Assembly (NCBI GenBank): GCA_028700115.1
Contig: JAQVTI010000021.1
Coordinates: forward strand, 1 to 7,496
Reading direction: 5' to 3'
DNA from: Candidatus Iainarchaeum sp.
Lineage (GTDB): Archaea > Iainarchaeota > Iainarchaeia > Iainarchaeales > CSSED10-239
Length of the DNA: 7,496 nt
Shown here: piece after piece, positions 7,337 through 7,496 of the stretch
How the letters are laid out: each line of letters opens with the position of its first letter
Position numbering within the stretch: position 1 is the stretch's first letter
Notes under the pieces: generated by a model
What the model saw: the letters and a program-made list of their open reading frames with translations, nothing else
Databases searched by the model: none
What the model was told of the DNA's origin: nothing
Position numbers and translations under genes: made by a program

Positions 7337-7342
7337 AGGTGA
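7337..7342 (+). promoter_or_regulatory. Shine-Dalgarno sequence AGGTGA for psmA
   Basis: AGGTGA with 6-nt spacing to TTG 7349-7351, complementary to the conserved archaeal 16S 3' end. An in-frame stop TGA at 7340-7342 excludes starts further upstream. Confidence 0.8.
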
Positions 7343-7348
7343 AAAATT

Positions 7349-7496
7349 TTGATTCCAAATTCTCTTGGAGCTGCTGCTGCAGGTTATGATCGTTCAATAA
7401 CAATGTTTAGTCCAGAAGGACATCTTTATCAGGTAGATTATGCCTCAAAGATTATAGAAAAAGGAAGTCCTGCTATCGGGATTATCTATAAGCAAG
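7349..7496 (+). CDS. psmA: Archaeal 20S proteasome subunit alpha, 5' portion (truncated by the window end)
   Basis: Translation [49 protein letters not shown] matches the conserved alpha-subunit N-terminus (GYDRxITxFSPxGxLxQVxYA). Confidence 0.95.
   Translation, partial: MIPNSLGAAAAGYDRSITMFSPEGHLYQVDYASKIIEKGSPAIGIIYKQ

Overview
AT-rich window that looks archaeal, probably from a DPANN-type lineage (lineage is inference). It contains: (i) the 3' end of a small integral-membrane protein gene (3..191, +); (ii) one giant ORF, most likely starting at ATG 257 rather than TTG 212 and ending at 7189 (about 2310 aa); and (iii) the 5' end of the archaeal 20S proteasome alpha subunit gene psmA (7349.., TTG start behind an AGGTGA Shine-Dalgarno). 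The giant ORF is the interesting object. Its N-terminus reads as a complete small surface protein: signal peptide, beta-rich ectodomain, one TM helix and a basic tail. A second signal-peptide-like segment ending AFA|TP follows in the same frame at about 1160-1204. After that come a long exported-looking region with several Cys residues and many N-x-S/T sequons, a Gly/Ala-rich hydrophobic segment, a divergent protein-kinase-like domain (HGDINPRN...IIDPVG), a small SH3-like beta module (GIKSGDYVVI...YWINFSDGSSGYY), a transglutaminase/EDR1-like cysteine domain (GVCRHRALLYKLA...RHSWVEI), and an unassigned C-terminal region. The only cysteine after the hydrophobic segment is the predicted catalytic Cys. 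No CRISPR, tRNA, rRNA or transposon was recognised. Domain calls are by-eye motif readings and need profile or structure confirmation.
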